A DNA stretch of 62,808 nt, filler included, from Choristocarpus tenellus KU-1152 (taxonomy: Eukaryota; Protista; Phaeophyceae), in the NCBI GenBank assembly GCA_964200185.2. It is 15 parts of 15 records of this genome, joined end to end, with 100 filler letters (N's around TTAATTAATTAA, not from the genome) between each part and the next. Parts side by side here need not be neighbours in the genome. Positions count along the whole stretch, not along the records: positions 11,113 to 14,747 come from CAXNAD020018825.1; positions 14,848 to 19,372 come from CAXNAD020014156.1; positions 19,473 to 22,806 come from CAXNAD020020734.1; positions 22,907 to 30,164 come from CAXNAD020006447.1; 11 more parts are not named here. One strand, given 5' to 3'. Below the pieces are notes generated by a model. That model was not told where the DNA came from. It was given only the letters and a program-made list of their open reading frames with translations, and ran no database searches. The first letter of the stretch is position 1; each line of letters begins with the position of its first letter. A program made the position numbers and the translations under genes. This document shows positions 12,978-25,755 of this stretch, one piece after another.

Positions 12978-13640
12978 CGAATATTCAGATGAATTTATTC
13001 GTTTCAAGGAAGGGGGGTCAGGAATAGCAATTATTTCGGTGCAAATAGTACAACAAGCCTAGCTCTTCATGTATTCCTCGTCGTCACAACCGATTCAAAC
13101 CTCACAATGTTCAACACCAAGTCTACGATAGAGTCTCATAGGAAATAGAGGCCAATTTTCTGAAAAGTCCTCAAACGAAGAGCACGACCCAAAATTGCTA
13201 ATAATCCCAAGGTATTGACCCGCCTCGTCTAACCTCAAGAAAGGCACATATTTAGTTGAGTACATCTCCTCACCAAGAAATGCTGTGCAACTAGGCAGCC
13301 TCACTATTATGCACTGACCCAACAAGGCAAGGACAAGGTTCACGAAAGAAATCGTCATCTGATAGCAAGCAAGAAGGATGGAGTAGGGGGGGGAAGGGGG
13401 TGCAATGACCAGTTGTGTGAAGGAGGGGGTTGAGACACAAGATTTTCTGTTGTGTCTTTTTTGGAAAAACGGCGGAGGGATCACCAGCCAATCAAAGGTC
13501 GAGACCTGACTCATCTGACGTTTCAGCGTGTAGGTAGGAGGATTATGTACAGCAGCAAATACAGATTGTGAACTTTGTTGTGTGATTAAGAGAGGCTTGA
13601 CAGCGGGTTACTAGTTGTCAGCTGAAGCAAAGTTAATGCT

Positions 13641-14747
13641 ATGCTGAGGTCTCTTTGCCTGATAGTCTTACTGTCCTTGGGGCATGGCTTCACTACCCTG
13701 GCACCGAACCAGCAATATCCTGTGCGTTGTAACCAACATATACATCGACCTCAACGTGATAAGCCCTGGGTTTTACGCAAGGGGAGCCACTCGTCGTTGA
13801 ATATGGGATTTCTCGAGGGTTTCGGTGAGGCTGTGAAGGCACGGCAGGATTGTCCACCTCAGGTGAATGCTTTTCGGAAATGTTCTTGTAAGAATACCTG
13901 TAACTCTTCTCAACTACCTTGTTGGGTATTGTGCATGTTGTATTCCGAGATGAACATGGGGATGCTGAGGGAAAGCTCATGTATGAAAACATTGGTCTCA
14001 ACTTTTATTTGGGCCTTAGACGTAATATCCATGTGCCTAGTGTTGCTAGGGTCGCATTACTCCCTGAATAATTCCTTGCAAGTAGGTGGAGGTATGGTCT
14101 AGTCTACATGTTATGCAGTCAATCAGGCAGGAGTGAGATACTGAATCTTCTTCCCGACTCTGAATACTGAACTCATCCGTACCCTGCTTTCCTTGATGCA
14201 CCGATCCCATCTCACACAACACGGTCTATCAGGTATGCTTGGAAAACCTGTTGTTGGACAACATCCGCCGGGCTAACATTCTAGAGCCGATACTCCACTG
14301 GTTCCATCCCTTGTCTATGGTTGCGATTTTCCTTCCACTTGCCCTTACCGGCGCATATACGGGCTTACAGGTGCGGTTGGCTCGCACAACGTCATCTCCC
14401 TTAAGCGCTGATCCCCAAAAAATAGACGTTCAAATTGACGACGTGGATAGCAGTGACAAATCGGACAACGAAGAAGCTGCAAGAGCAGAAGCAAATGCTG
14501 CGCGTGCACGAACACTTCACCCCACACTGATGGTCGCAGCGACAGTCGTTGCCTTCTTCGGTGTGCAGGGTGGGACTGGAGGCCTTCTGCTACTTGACAA
14601 ACCATTGCAGGAGAGTGAGCACGCACGCACAGCCGTGTTAGTACTGTTTCTTTTGCTGAGCCAGTCACTCCTAGCTAGCCTAATCACTACCCCCCAGACC
14701 AACCAAACCAGTAGGATTGATGATGGGAGCATCACAAACGGGGGTGG
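13641..14747 (+). CDS. Plastid-targeted DUF4079-family membrane protein; exons 13641-13862 and 14233->14747 (3' truncated)
   Basis: Signal peptide ending GHG-F (heterokont ASAFAP-type); phase-0 CAG|GTGAAT...TCAG junction; motifs HWFHPLSM, AYTGLQVR, ARTLHP, GVQGG and PLQESEH as in DUF4079. Confidence 0.75.
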
Positions 14748-14847
14748 NNNNNNNNNNNNNNNNNNNNNNNNNNNNNNNNNNNNNNNNNNNNTTAATTAAT
14801 TAANNNNNNNNNNNNNNNNNNNNNNNNNNNNNNNNNNNNNNNNNNNN

Positions 14848-14879
14848 ACGCGGCTCTACCCTCTAAGATACTTTGGCTC
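14848..14879 (-). mobile_element. MITE family A terminal fragment at contig start
   Basis: ACGCGGCTCTACCCTCTAAGATACTTTGGCTC. Confidence 0.8.
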
Positions 14880-17800
14880 CATGGCGAATTGAAAATACAA
14901 TCATTTCCAGGTGGTGTGCCAGCACAAGGACGGTATTAGGGAATTTGAATCGGAGACACGACCAAATGAGAGGATGCGCATGTCAATAGTAGGTGGTGGA
15001 CCAGGTGTGTGGGTACGATACAAGGAGGGTCACTTGTGAACACGTTTGCGATCAGCTTGTTTTGTGAAGTATATGGGAAATGAGTGGTGAAACTAGATTT
15101 TGCGACACAAAAGGAAGGATCAAATGACTCAAAAATGGTATCAAATAGCTGTGAAAGAAACTGGCAATGTGTTATAAAATGCTCTGCACATATACCATGA
15201 CGGGTTATGGAGCTCCAATCCACAAGGTTTTATGTGGACGATCAGGGTCGCAGATGGTGCCATACAGGAAATGTAGTCAAATATGCTGGATCTATCACTT
15301 CGATTATTCACTTCGTAGCTTTCTGTGGGGTACAAATAGGACCAAACAACTATTCATTGCCAAATTGTGACCTCATGATGACTAAATAATAAATAAATAG
15401 TCCCTAGGAACATACAAAATCTAGGACTTCAAGGTCATGATGGCGTCTATGAAACCGCTATTAGGACGTCGTCTGTGACAAATGCATGTGAATAATTGAG
15501 GGTATATGGACAGCAGTACGAAAATTGGCAGTATAATTAAAACGCTATTTTGATTTGACCCACTGCCAATCCCCCAAACACCATGACTAGTTTGAGACAA
15601 ATAGTATTTGTAACTTGGCAGGTACCTATTTTGAGGCGGATCATGTTTCTCAAGGTGGAGACACTGCCAGGACAGGCACAAAGGACCTTCCAGATTCTTG
15701 TGATTCTTCCCTTCCCTTCCCACATTCGTAGGGCTAGGCTGGAGGGATGGTAGTGCACACTGGTTTTCAAGGAACGACCTAGCAAGGGACCTTGTTGTAC
15801 TACTCCTTTTACAGTTTCTTAGAAATATGTGCGTTGAAAGTGACCGATCTCCAATAATAATTTTTTGTGGGCTTGATCTTTGTCTTTTTCCCTCCCCCAA
15901 CGTATCTACAAAATGCTAGGACATGAAAATAATATCATTTCGCCAATATCCAACGTGTTGTTGATGAAAATCGGCACTCTACCGGTTTTTCGCCTTTACT
16001 GTTTAGTCTGGATACTATGGCACAGACCTTTTGGGTGGAGAAACCGTGACTGGGGGAGGATGTCCAGACGTATTCTTTGTAGAGGTCATGTCTTGTTTGG
16101 ACTGCAGAGAACTCATCTAGAAAAGAAGTTATGTTGTGGTTTGTGTTGTCAATTTGGTATTGTGTCTTTATTGATGGATATGTTTGTGTGAGGATGGTTT
16201 GGGGGTGGGGGGAACCTCCACCATCAACCTTAAATAAATATTTTATTGCATATTATTTTTTTGACAGAATGTTCGTTCATGTGACGACCTGTCACTAGAA
16301 AATGTGTACTAATCTGTGGATAATATATTATATTTTGGAACAATCTGGTTTCAGTTTGATGGAAAGAGGAATTGAGTATCATATCTTGATGCAACAATGT
16401 GTTCTTTTTAGGGCTGATTTGTTGAATGAACCTTATTGGATCACTCATCCGATATTGTGGAAACTTCTATCATTTTTCTATAATTGTCGGTATGACATTG
16501 GTCACTTCAACGGAATATCTTGATTGTAAGCAATATACCTTGCAAAACTTGCGATTTCTGCGCTAACCTCTCCAGCTATAACCCTACCCCTTTCGATGTG
16601 AAGTACATTTTGGCTACACAGTACGCACGACATTAATCCAGATATAGAAATAAATCTTATAAATTCAGAATTAGCCAAAAACCAATATTCTATGTACGCA
16701 ACAGACATAATAGTTCCAAGTTGAAAGTCTTTGTAACAAGTCTGACAAGATTAAGAAGAGTCGGTTAAGAATCCAGGAAATCAAGTATGCCATGAGAAAT
16801 TTGGAAATGATACAACACAAACCTTTCAAATTATGACCCTATCTTTTAATATATGATGTACACCTTGGTTAAATAGTACGTGCAAACATCAACCCAAACA
16901 TAGAAATATATCTTCTAAGTTCCGAATTGGACAGAAACAAATATTCTATGAAACATTATAGGATTACGTCAAAAGCTTTTGTAAGACTTCCGTTAGGAAG
17001 AGTCGTTTAAGAATCCAGGAGATCAAGTTAGCCATCAAAAAATTGCTAATGGTACAATAAATAATTAGAAAGAATCATGACAGTGTTGAAATTACTTTTG
17101 GAAACGTTGGAATAATATTTTATTATATTATTATGCCCTCTGACATTTTGCAGATGTGTTAGGGGGAAACCAATGAAAACTATATATACATATGTGTATA
17201 TCGCATTCAGATATTCCAAAACTCTAGTAATCAAAACTTGTTTTGTTCTTGTCAATGTTCTGTATTTATGATTCGGTTCTTCGCAACTTGTACATCATAA
17301 TATAATCATACATGGAGTAGTACAAAAAAATATGTTCAATCGTAGCGGTAATAGTATATTCACACTGGCGACACCTTCCGATTGCCAGCGAGTAGAAACA
17401 TCGGTGTTTCAACAAATTTTTCCCTCTCACCAACACATGTGAGGGTAAAGAGTTGTGAGAGAGACCTGGAGGTTGAGAGCTGTTAGAGCGGGTAAGATGG
17501 CCTCGGTTTCACTACTCACTAGTGACTCCTATACCCTTGGGAAATAGTGACTGAAGAATGGTGACCGGCAACTGGCGACTGGAGATTGCGTACATAAACT
17601 TTGATTCTTGAACGGGGTTTCATTCGTCGGCAATGTTGTGAAAGTCTCCTAAGCTACTTCAAGGATTAGGCAGGATCGGAGAGAGGCTTGTAGATGAGGA
17701 GTAAAGGCGGAGCAGCGACTTAGAGAGGTGAAAAGTCTCCGTCAATATTGCAATACCCTCCAGAACAACATTGGCTCCCTCAAAGGCTAACAAAGGCTGC

Positions 17801-17899
17801 GCAGGAAGACCGTCCAGTCCATGATGCGGTAGTCACAACCTTTTTATTGAGGCTGCGCTCCTGAGCAGTTAACGACAACGAGAGACGCGCAAGTACAAG

Positions 17900-18400
17900 A
17901 TGCAGCAACTGATAAATTTAGTTCTTGCTTGAAATATGAAACCTTCAGTTCCCCACTCCCCCACGTTCTTGCAAGCTGTGCGATGTGTGATACGCATATA
18001 CCCAACAGTCAGTAGTCGTAGTTCCACTGTCTTTTATGGTGTAGGAAGTGTCGCCACCTCTTTTTGTACCATGTAACTCGCTCAGACATACTACAACGCA
18101 GTTCTGTGCTTAAAGTTAGCGGTGAGTTATTTTCGTTTGTAGGAATAGGGAGTGCATGTTGTTCTTGTTCCTCACTTAAAGTCCCATTGAGCCCACTAAA
18201 CTGTATAAACCCCCTTATTTCTTTGGTACTGCCCACAACAACCCGTAACCACCGTGCTTCAATATTGTACTTCCTTATTTTGAACAGGGTCGCTAGACAC
18301 TGCACTGCAACTCCAAAATGTATCTGGAGATTTGTACTCTTAAAAGGCTAATTTTTTCCACCTTCACCTACTCACTCCCCATATGCCAGTTGATTCCCAT
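17900..18400 (-). mobile_element. Degenerate Ty3/Gypsy integrase relic
   Basis: Fragments HFGV...TLFKIRK, CCGQYQRNK, HALPIP, ERV...RHFL...W and YAYHTSH occur in integrase order; heavily decayed. Confidence 0.4.
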
Positions 18401-18412
18401 AAGTGTAAGGGA

Positions 18413-18591
18413 GAGTCAAATATCTGGGGGGAGCAGGGGGGTCTACACCAGGGTGTCAATTTGGACTATGACCATGAAAAGTGCGCTGACATTATCTATC
18501 CGACGTATGCAACCAAATAACACAAAGGTCGCGATATGAATAATTGCCCCCAAATGGACAGCCGCCACCCACTCCCCAGATACTTTGAGCC
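18413..18591 (+). mobile_element. MITE family B, full copy
   Basis: GAGTCAAATATCTGGGGG...CCCAGATACTTTGAGCC; no clean TSD. Confidence 0.88.
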
Positions 18592-18640
18592 AAAAATGCA
18601 CACAAGCAAAGAGATTCCAGGAAGGAGCATGACGTTGAGT

Positions 18641-18673
<33 letters not shown>

Positions 18674-19325
18674 CCGATGAGGTTAAGGCGAACGAAAATG
18701 CTGCAAAGATCTAATACCTTATGGAGGTCAAGAGTGTTGTTGATGTACTGAGGATACTTCACAGGCCTAACGGACTCCTTCCAGCACCAATTACTCACAC
18801 ACTTCAGTGTTAGAATGTGCTTTCTCTGGAGGAGGATGAGATTAAGGCCAAGTTTGTCAGTGAGGATATGTCCATGGTGAGTGCCTTTTTTTGTGCAACA
18901 ATAAGATTTGTTTTTTTGACTAACTACACACGTGTTTTCAGCCCACATCACATGAGACAGTTACGAAGTGTTTCTAAATGCATGTTGGAACAAGAAAATG
19001 AACACATCTGGTAAGTATGTTTTGCTTTTGTTTGCATGTTAGAGACGACCAGATTTTGCACATGTTTTTTTAACCTCACAACACACACTTAGTTACAAGT
19101 TCTATTCAAGTTTTATAGAACTTGATTTATGGTCTTTACCGCTCAGTGCTGTGCATGCTGAAGTAACCCCCAATCGTGCTTTTGATCTACTTTCAATCGT
19201 TGCACGAGAACAACAGCACACACACACTGTGCCTAATCCTTGGGGACTATAACCACCCCTCCATCAATTTCTTGCAGGCATACAGTTCTAACAAGCTCTG
19301 AGGGAGGATGTCAAGGGTATGATGT

Positions 19326-19680
19326 GGGTCAAAGTATTTGAGGGGGGGGGTGGGGGCGTCGGTTTTCCACCCNNNNNNNNNNNNNNNNNNNNNNNNNNNN
19401 NNNNNNNNNNNNNNNNTTAATTAATTAANNNNNNNNNNNNNNNNNNNNNNNNNNNNNNNNNNNNNNNNNNNNTTGTTTCTTTTTTTTTTCTCGTGTCTCT
19501 TTTTGTTTTTTTTCTACTGCTCCGTGTGGGGGGGGGGGGGGGGGGGGGGGGGGGATCTGCACCACGGCGTCCATTTGTGTCATAACCAGGAAAGGTGCTC
19601 TTACATTATCCATCCAACTTATGCTACCAATTCACCCAAAAATCGCGATATAAGAAAATTGCCTCAATTGGACAGGCGCC

Positions 19681-19719
<39 letters not shown>

Positions 19720-19897
19720 TTCCTCCACCCCATAACAAAATTTTTTAATGTGTTATAAATCTTTTTTTACGAGTGGGGGGGNNNNNNNNNNTGCTACCAA
19801 TTCACCCAAAAATCGCGATATAAGAAAATTGCCTCAATTGGACAGGCGCCACCCCTCCCCCCCACCCCTCCACCCCCCCCCCCAGATACTTTGAGCC
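19326..19897. mobile_element. MITE family B pieces either side of a linker (19326-19372; 19526-19897 with assembly duplication)
   Basis: TIR at 19326, family-B body, TIR end at 19897; segment repeated across the 10-N gap. Confidence 0.75.
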
Positions 19898-20087
19898 TTG
19901 AAAAGAATTTTCATGAATGGTATGAACTGCTTTCGCAGAGTGGAGGTGTGGACATGATGTGACGGGAGTGGGGTAGATGTTGATGGGTATTGGTGCTGGG
20001 ACTCTGAATTGAATGGAGACTTACTCATGGATAGCCCTTATAGAAGAATTCATTTGCTGTGATACGTCAAAGGTGGGCTGATTATCT

Positions 20088-20351
20088 GAGAGAAAATATC
20101 TTAGGGTTAGGGTACGATTTTTGTCCCTGTTCGTCCATTTGGGGCTTGGCTTCCCTCGGGATTTTTTGTGACATTTTCCTACTCTGAAATATTTCTGAGT
20201 AGGAGTAATGTTTCCGTTATGAAAAGGTGTGTCCGGAACAAGGATATTGACACTTCCTAACAAAAGCATTGGCTAAAATTACATCAAAATTGCAATATTG
20301 GATTTTGGGCCCCAAATGGATGTGGCCCTACCCTCTAAGATACTTCAGCTC
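20088..20351 (-). mobile_element. MITE family A, full copy, TSD TCT, with TTAGGG x2 inside one TIR
   Basis: GAGAGAAAATATC-TTAGGGTTAGGG-TACG...TACCCTCTAAGATACTTCAGCTC flanked by TCT/TCT. Confidence 0.88.
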
Positions 20352-20492
20352 TCTGCTATAGTAGTATCTGAAAAGCACATGGCGTATGTCGGGAAGTACA
20401 CCTGCATGACGGATTTTTTGGTGCATGCCACCATACAACAGTGAATTGTGAGAGTGGTGATGAAAAGTCCTCATCTTCTCCTCGCACCCAAA

Positions 20493-20524
20493 TAACCCTA
20501 ACCCTAACCCTAACCCTAACCCTA
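20493..20524. repeat. Interstitial telomere-type repeat (TAACCC)5
   Basis: Five perfect units. Confidence 0.9.
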
Positions 20525-20561
20525 GAGTTATGCATTGCTGTAAAATCCTAAAACCAAATAG

Positions 20562-20732
20562 GGGAGAGGACTGTGATTCATGGAGTGGAGCTCCCTACAA
20601 CTGTAGCTGGAGATAATATGCCTGGGAAAATCACCTCAATATTATCTGAGGTATCGGTTTCTTACCAGCACAGCGTCCGAAGGGCAATGCTGAACTATGC
20701 CTTGATGGATCCAGCACAGCAGAAGCGTCTCG
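20562..20732 (+). CDS. Isolated exon resembling an inner-arm axonemal dynein heavy chain N-terminal tail
   Basis: TAG acceptor and G|GTGAGA donor; ILSEVSVSYQHSVRRAMLNYALMDPAQQKRLG resembles the ExxxDYxxSxKKxIxDYxLxDPxExxRL segment of DNAH3/7-type dyneins (recalled motif). Confidence 0.45.
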
Positions 20733-21806
20733 GTGAGAAGAGCCATGCCAATATTGAAGATCAGGACAAGTGTAGATGAGAAATACTCTCAAGAGCAAAT
20801 GGTTAGAAATGCTATCTTGTCTAAGTTTAGCTAGCGTAATGATTGTACCCTTCAACATCTCCTCACCCTCCATCTTAAACACACAAATTGTGCTAAAAAA
20901 TTCAGGCAAAATGGTGAAATTTTTTCTCAGTGGCGATGATTCCGTTCTGTCTGAAGAATGGACTGAAGCAGGGTTGGGTTGGTTTGATGTTTGTTGAGAG
21001 CGTGCCAATGTAGTGTGTGTTGATCTCCGAGGGCTTCCCGAGGTTTGCTAATACCAATGTTGAGAATGAACCCTATGATGGTTCACATGAACTCCTCCAT
21101 TGTATCATATGACACCACATCTATTCAACATTTTTTTTTTCGGAAAGCTCGATAGGAGACAAATCCTGAATTGATTTTTTTTTTTTTCGGATGGCGTTGT
21201 CTTCACCTCGATGTACTCTGAATCGTTTTGAAGTATCTTGGCATTATTGGAATCAAACTCCAGAGCCCGAGGGCAAATCTGCTGACACAAATGGGTGCCT
21301 GAATGTTGACATAGGTTAGTAGCCCACACCAAAAAAAAAAAAAGTATCCCAAAGCATGTACGCTCAGTTTGTATGTGTCAGAGTACAAGAATTTTTTTTT
21401 CGGAGGGTCAGGCAAAAACAATACATTCTAGAAGTAATGCTTCTAGATCTCTAGGAAAAATTTCGATGTAGCCAGGAACTACAAAAAGGGCTTGATCTTC
21501 TAGAAGTAACGATGTTCTAAACGTCTGACAGAATAGAGTGGAGGCAGCCCCCCACACAATCCCAAGTGCAAATTTCCGTTGAGGGCTGTCCTCCTCTGTG
21601 AATTTTGATCTACAGGCACAAGAATGCTCAGGTAATAATACATGATGTATGTACATCTCTCATGACACGCCCAATGGAATGAGAGCTGAGTCTCACTCAT
21701 TGCCTGAAGTGAGGAAGTTCATGTTGGTGAATGAAGGAGACAACAATCATCCCTTGCTGAAAAAGCTACTGTTTCTTCTTTCTCTTTCAGTTGGTTGGTC
21801 TAATCT

Positions 21807-22064
21807 GACCCAAAGTATCTTAGAGGGTAGAGCCGCGTCCATTTGAGGGCCAAAGTCCAGTATTGCGATTCTGATGTAATTTTGGCAATTGTATTTGTTT
21901 GGAAGTGTCAATATCCTTGTTCCAGTCACACCTTTTCAAAATGCATACATTTTACCTACTCCGAAAACATTTGGAGTAGGAAAATGTAATAAAAAACCCC
22001 ATGGGAAGCCAAGCCCCAAATGGACAAACAGGGAAAACTTGTACCCTCTGAGATACTTTCACTC
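21807..22064 (+). mobile_element. MITE family A, full copy, TSD ATCT
   Basis: TIRs; flanks ATCT/ATCT. Confidence 0.92.
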
Positions 22065-22616
22065 ATCTACCGAGTTAAGAAAAATCTTTGAGGAAAGTTT
22101 ATGCAAGGCAGAACGGCATGAAGATTGGAAGGCTTGTGTCCACAGTCGTAGGTTGTATTTTTACAGAGTCACACTAGACTAAAGTTGTTGATCAACTCAT
22201 TGTCTTTAGGAACGTCGTCTATATTGGCGGTTAACAAAAGAGATGGTTTCGTCATCTACTGACCATAGGCAAACAGTTTTACCTTGCTGAAAGGAGTTAC
22301 ATGCTCTATCCCTCGAATACCAATATGTAGGTCTCAAACATCAGCAATTATAGAAATTTGAAGTCAAGCTAGAGATTTCGAGGAGACCCGATACTGATTC
22401 GCTGTGAGTGGTAGGGGGGGGCGAGCAAAATTACGTTAATAGCTAAGTGCGGCAGGTAGTCCAGAGTAGGGGTGAACGTAAGCCTCCTGATAGTTTAAAG
22501 GGACATGTGAACAATGCTGACTGGTTCAACGTCAACGTTTAAATAATTCTTGGGACAAATTCTGTCTCCGAAATCATCCGAAAATGGTTCCTTTTATTTG
22601 AGCAGCCTCAAGGAGT

Positions 22617-22806
22617 GGGTCAAAGTATCTGGGTTGGGTGGGGTGGTTTGTGAAGGGGCCGTCCGTTTCGGTCTAACAACTCTTCTTTTTTTTTTGGAGA
22701 CATTTCAAATCTGACACATGCGACCAAATCACACCAAAAAAGTGAAAATCGAAAAAAGGGTGAAAAACGGACGCCGACACCCCCCCCCCCCCCCCCCCCC
22801 CCCCCC
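22617..22806 (-). mobile_element. MITE family B-like copy ending in poly-C at the contig end
   Basis: GGGTCAAAGTATCTGGG... Confidence 0.65.
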
Positions 22807-23921
22807 NNNNNNNNNNNNNNNNNNNNNNNNNNNNNNNNNNNNNNNNNNNNTTAATTAATTAANNNNNNNNNNNNNNNNNNNNNNNNNNNNNNNNNNNNNN
22901 NNNNNNCTCTCCCCCCCCCAACCCTCCCCTTTGTAAAGTAAAGAAAGTAGACGCACGTGTTTTTGAAACGTGGTGTTTTTGGTTGAGAAGGTTATTTTTC
23001 TTCCTCTATTCAGCTTGAGTTGGGAACAGTTAATTCTCTTATTAGTGGAATCTGTAAAGGAACAGCAATAGCCGTTGGACAAAGGGAAGGTTTCGACATT
23101 GGGATTCCACATCCAGCAGAAAGTTTGCAAGGCTAACTTAACACCTCTGGTGCTTGCCCCAATGGCAAATGAATAGCTAGAGCTGTGGTTGTTTTGTTTT
23201 GTTTTGTATTTGAAGGAGTTAGCGGCGGGAGTGGTGGCCTTGCTATCAGCCTTTTGTTGGATGTGATAGAGCGAACTTAACTTCAAGGATATACCTTTAA
23301 TGCGGCTCAAGAGGTCTTTGTCTTTGTTTGCCATCTTCTGATCTTGCTGATGTATGAACTGGAGGTACTTTCGAGCTTCTGGTGTGGGTGTGGGATCTCT
23401 GCAGCTTTGTGTTGTGTTTTTTTTGTTGGGTAGTTGTCTGGTTGAGTGTACAACTGAAATGACAATTGTTTAGTTAGGGTGTGGACCCTTGTTCATCAAT
23501 GTGGTCATTGATGAGTTTTGACGCAGTGTTGTGTGTTGTTTGCCGAGAGTATCAACTGCAGTCTGTTTGTCAATGGCCTTGAGAGCCTCTTTTTGTTATC
23601 CTCTTGGTTTTGGAATTGTTTCAATTTTGGTTGATGCGCTTTGGTAGTATCCCCTACCCCTGAGTAATTGCGTTTTCTTTTTACAGAATGGAATGCCTGT
23701 TTTGAGAGAGGGGATGATGTTGGCGTTGAGAGTACCACTTAAGAAAAGAGGGGACTGTGTGAATAGCTCACATGTGGAATACTATATCCTGCCAAATCCT
23801 TTATGGTTGCAATGTCAAAGGAGGACGACATTGACGGGCTGATGATAGGATTCCAAATCTAGTCTTGACATTTGATTACCAGAAAGCTAAGTATTTGAGA
23901 GCATTGTTGTGTTGAATCCTC

Positions 23922-24113
23922 CTGAAAGATTCTCACATTGATCTGAAAGATTCTCACGTTGATCTGAAAGATTCTCACGTTGATATGAAAGATTCTCACA
24001 TTGATCTGAAAGATTCTCACGTTGATATGAAAGATTCTCACATTGATCTGAAAGATTCTCACGTTGATCTGAAAGATTCTCACATTGATCTGAAAGATTC
24101 TCACATTGATCTG
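23922..24113. repeat. 21-bp minisatellite x9 (CTGAAAGATTCTCACRTTGAT)
   Basis: Nine near-identical units. Confidence 0.95.
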
Positions 24114-25526
24114 GACCGGCAAGACAAATAAACCCTAGATGACAGTGGTATTGTAGACAATGTGTACAACATTTTGTATCTTTAGGAACATGTTATCGCA
24201 TGGGGTAATTGACTGATAAGCATGGTATGGAAGTACCAGAGTGATAACCATCGGTTGTTGCTACCGGTTGCTACGGAGCGAATCAGGACAGCTCTGAGCT
24301 GTATATATTGTAATCTTTGCAAGGACCTGTGTATGGGAAAGGGGGATCAACCGTCTTTTTTTATTTTTTCATTTCAAAGCAATGCCAGAATAATGTTTGA
24401 AAGTGTCATGTCCTGACAGGCTCATTTTTTTCTGTCCTTTTTTAATTTTTTTATTTGACCTTTTCCTACATAAATTGGCATCTACCTCTTGATGAACTTG
24501 ATCTGAATCTCTTCTGTTTTGTGAGTAGTTGACCGGATGATGGATTCTTAGCACCAGAATGAATATTCATGAGTGTTCAAGTCTGGAAAAAATATTTGAG
24601 GTTGAACTCTTGTCTGTCTCACTGGCTTGGTGGAAATCATTCCGACAATAGTCCAATGCATACAGCCTCTACCAATGTTTGATGATGCATACAATGATGT
24701 TTTGATGTTCTTCGAGCGGTCTGTTGACAAAGTGGTGTTGTCTGGATTGCATCAGTTATTTTATGTTTTTTGTCTGCACAAGACTGGTGACAGGTGCAAG
24801 GTTGGTAAGTTCATGTTCATGTTCCTGTAGTTAAGATTCTGATTGCAAGGTTTCACATGTGTGTTGTCTGCTCTTCTTGATCTTCAACACATGTGCACAC
24901 TTTGGAGAATTTTTTTTGTCGATACGAAGTAATTACACTATTTCGCTCACGGTGTTTTTTTTGGCGTCATTTTTTTTGTTTAGTGTTCTGGCGTTTATTT
25001 TGGATTATTCAAACCCTGGTGGTTACGCTTTCGGAATAATAAAGAAAGGTGATTGAAAATGGGTGGCTTTTTGCTGTGTGAAATTCAATGCGTTATGGTT
25101 TTATCAGTGCAGGTCTAGGTATTGATAATAGTGCTTTACGTGTATGGTAATATTGATAATAGTGCTTTCTTAGAGTCGCTGAACAGTACTGCCCTCTCCT
25201 TCTATGCTCAGTACTCAACCATAAATTTCTTGTGGACCATGGGCGAGTTGGTAGATGCTGGAACATCGGAAGAGGGTAGTGCTTTCAGTTGAATGTCGAT
25301 TTGTTTGATTGGGTTGGGTTATCCCATAAGAATGTTAGTTTTTATTATTATTTTTCCATTGTTTTTGTAGTATGGTGGTACGGCGTTGTAGTTATATACT
25401 CAGGCGTTTTTTATTGTGGTGGTATGGCGTAGCTTGCAGGATTTTTTTTCCTTTTTTTTCAATATCGGTGACTGCTGCAGCAGGCAGACCTCAGGGCAGA
25501 ATTTGGAATATACTATTGATATGTAT

Positions 25527-25755
25527 CTGTTGAATTGGGTGCATATAATAATAATATTGAATAATTGCAGCCCTCTATGTAACTGTTGAATTGGGTGCAT
25601 ATGATAATAATATTGAATAATTGCAGCCCTCTATGTAACTGTTGAATTGGGTGCATATGATAATAATATTCAATAATTGCAGCCCTCTATGTAACTGTTG
25701 AATTGGGTGCATATGATAATAATATTCAATAATTGCAGCCCTCTATGTAACTGTT
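25527..25755. repeat. 56-bp tandem repeat x4
   Basis: Units start at 25527, 25583, 25639 and 25695. Confidence 0.95.

Noticed and set aside
18670-19320. Exon-like plus-strand segments
   Set aside because: In-frame stops and no recognisable homology
19620-19897. Apparent duplication of the MITE-B interior
   Set aside because: Identical sequence on both sides of a 10-N gap next to homopolymers, so probably an assembly artefact
23922-25755. 21-bp and 56-bp arrays as CRISPR, or the QINVRIF ORF as a gene
   Set aside because: Head-to-tail repeats with no spacers; the ORF is a by-product of repeat periodicity
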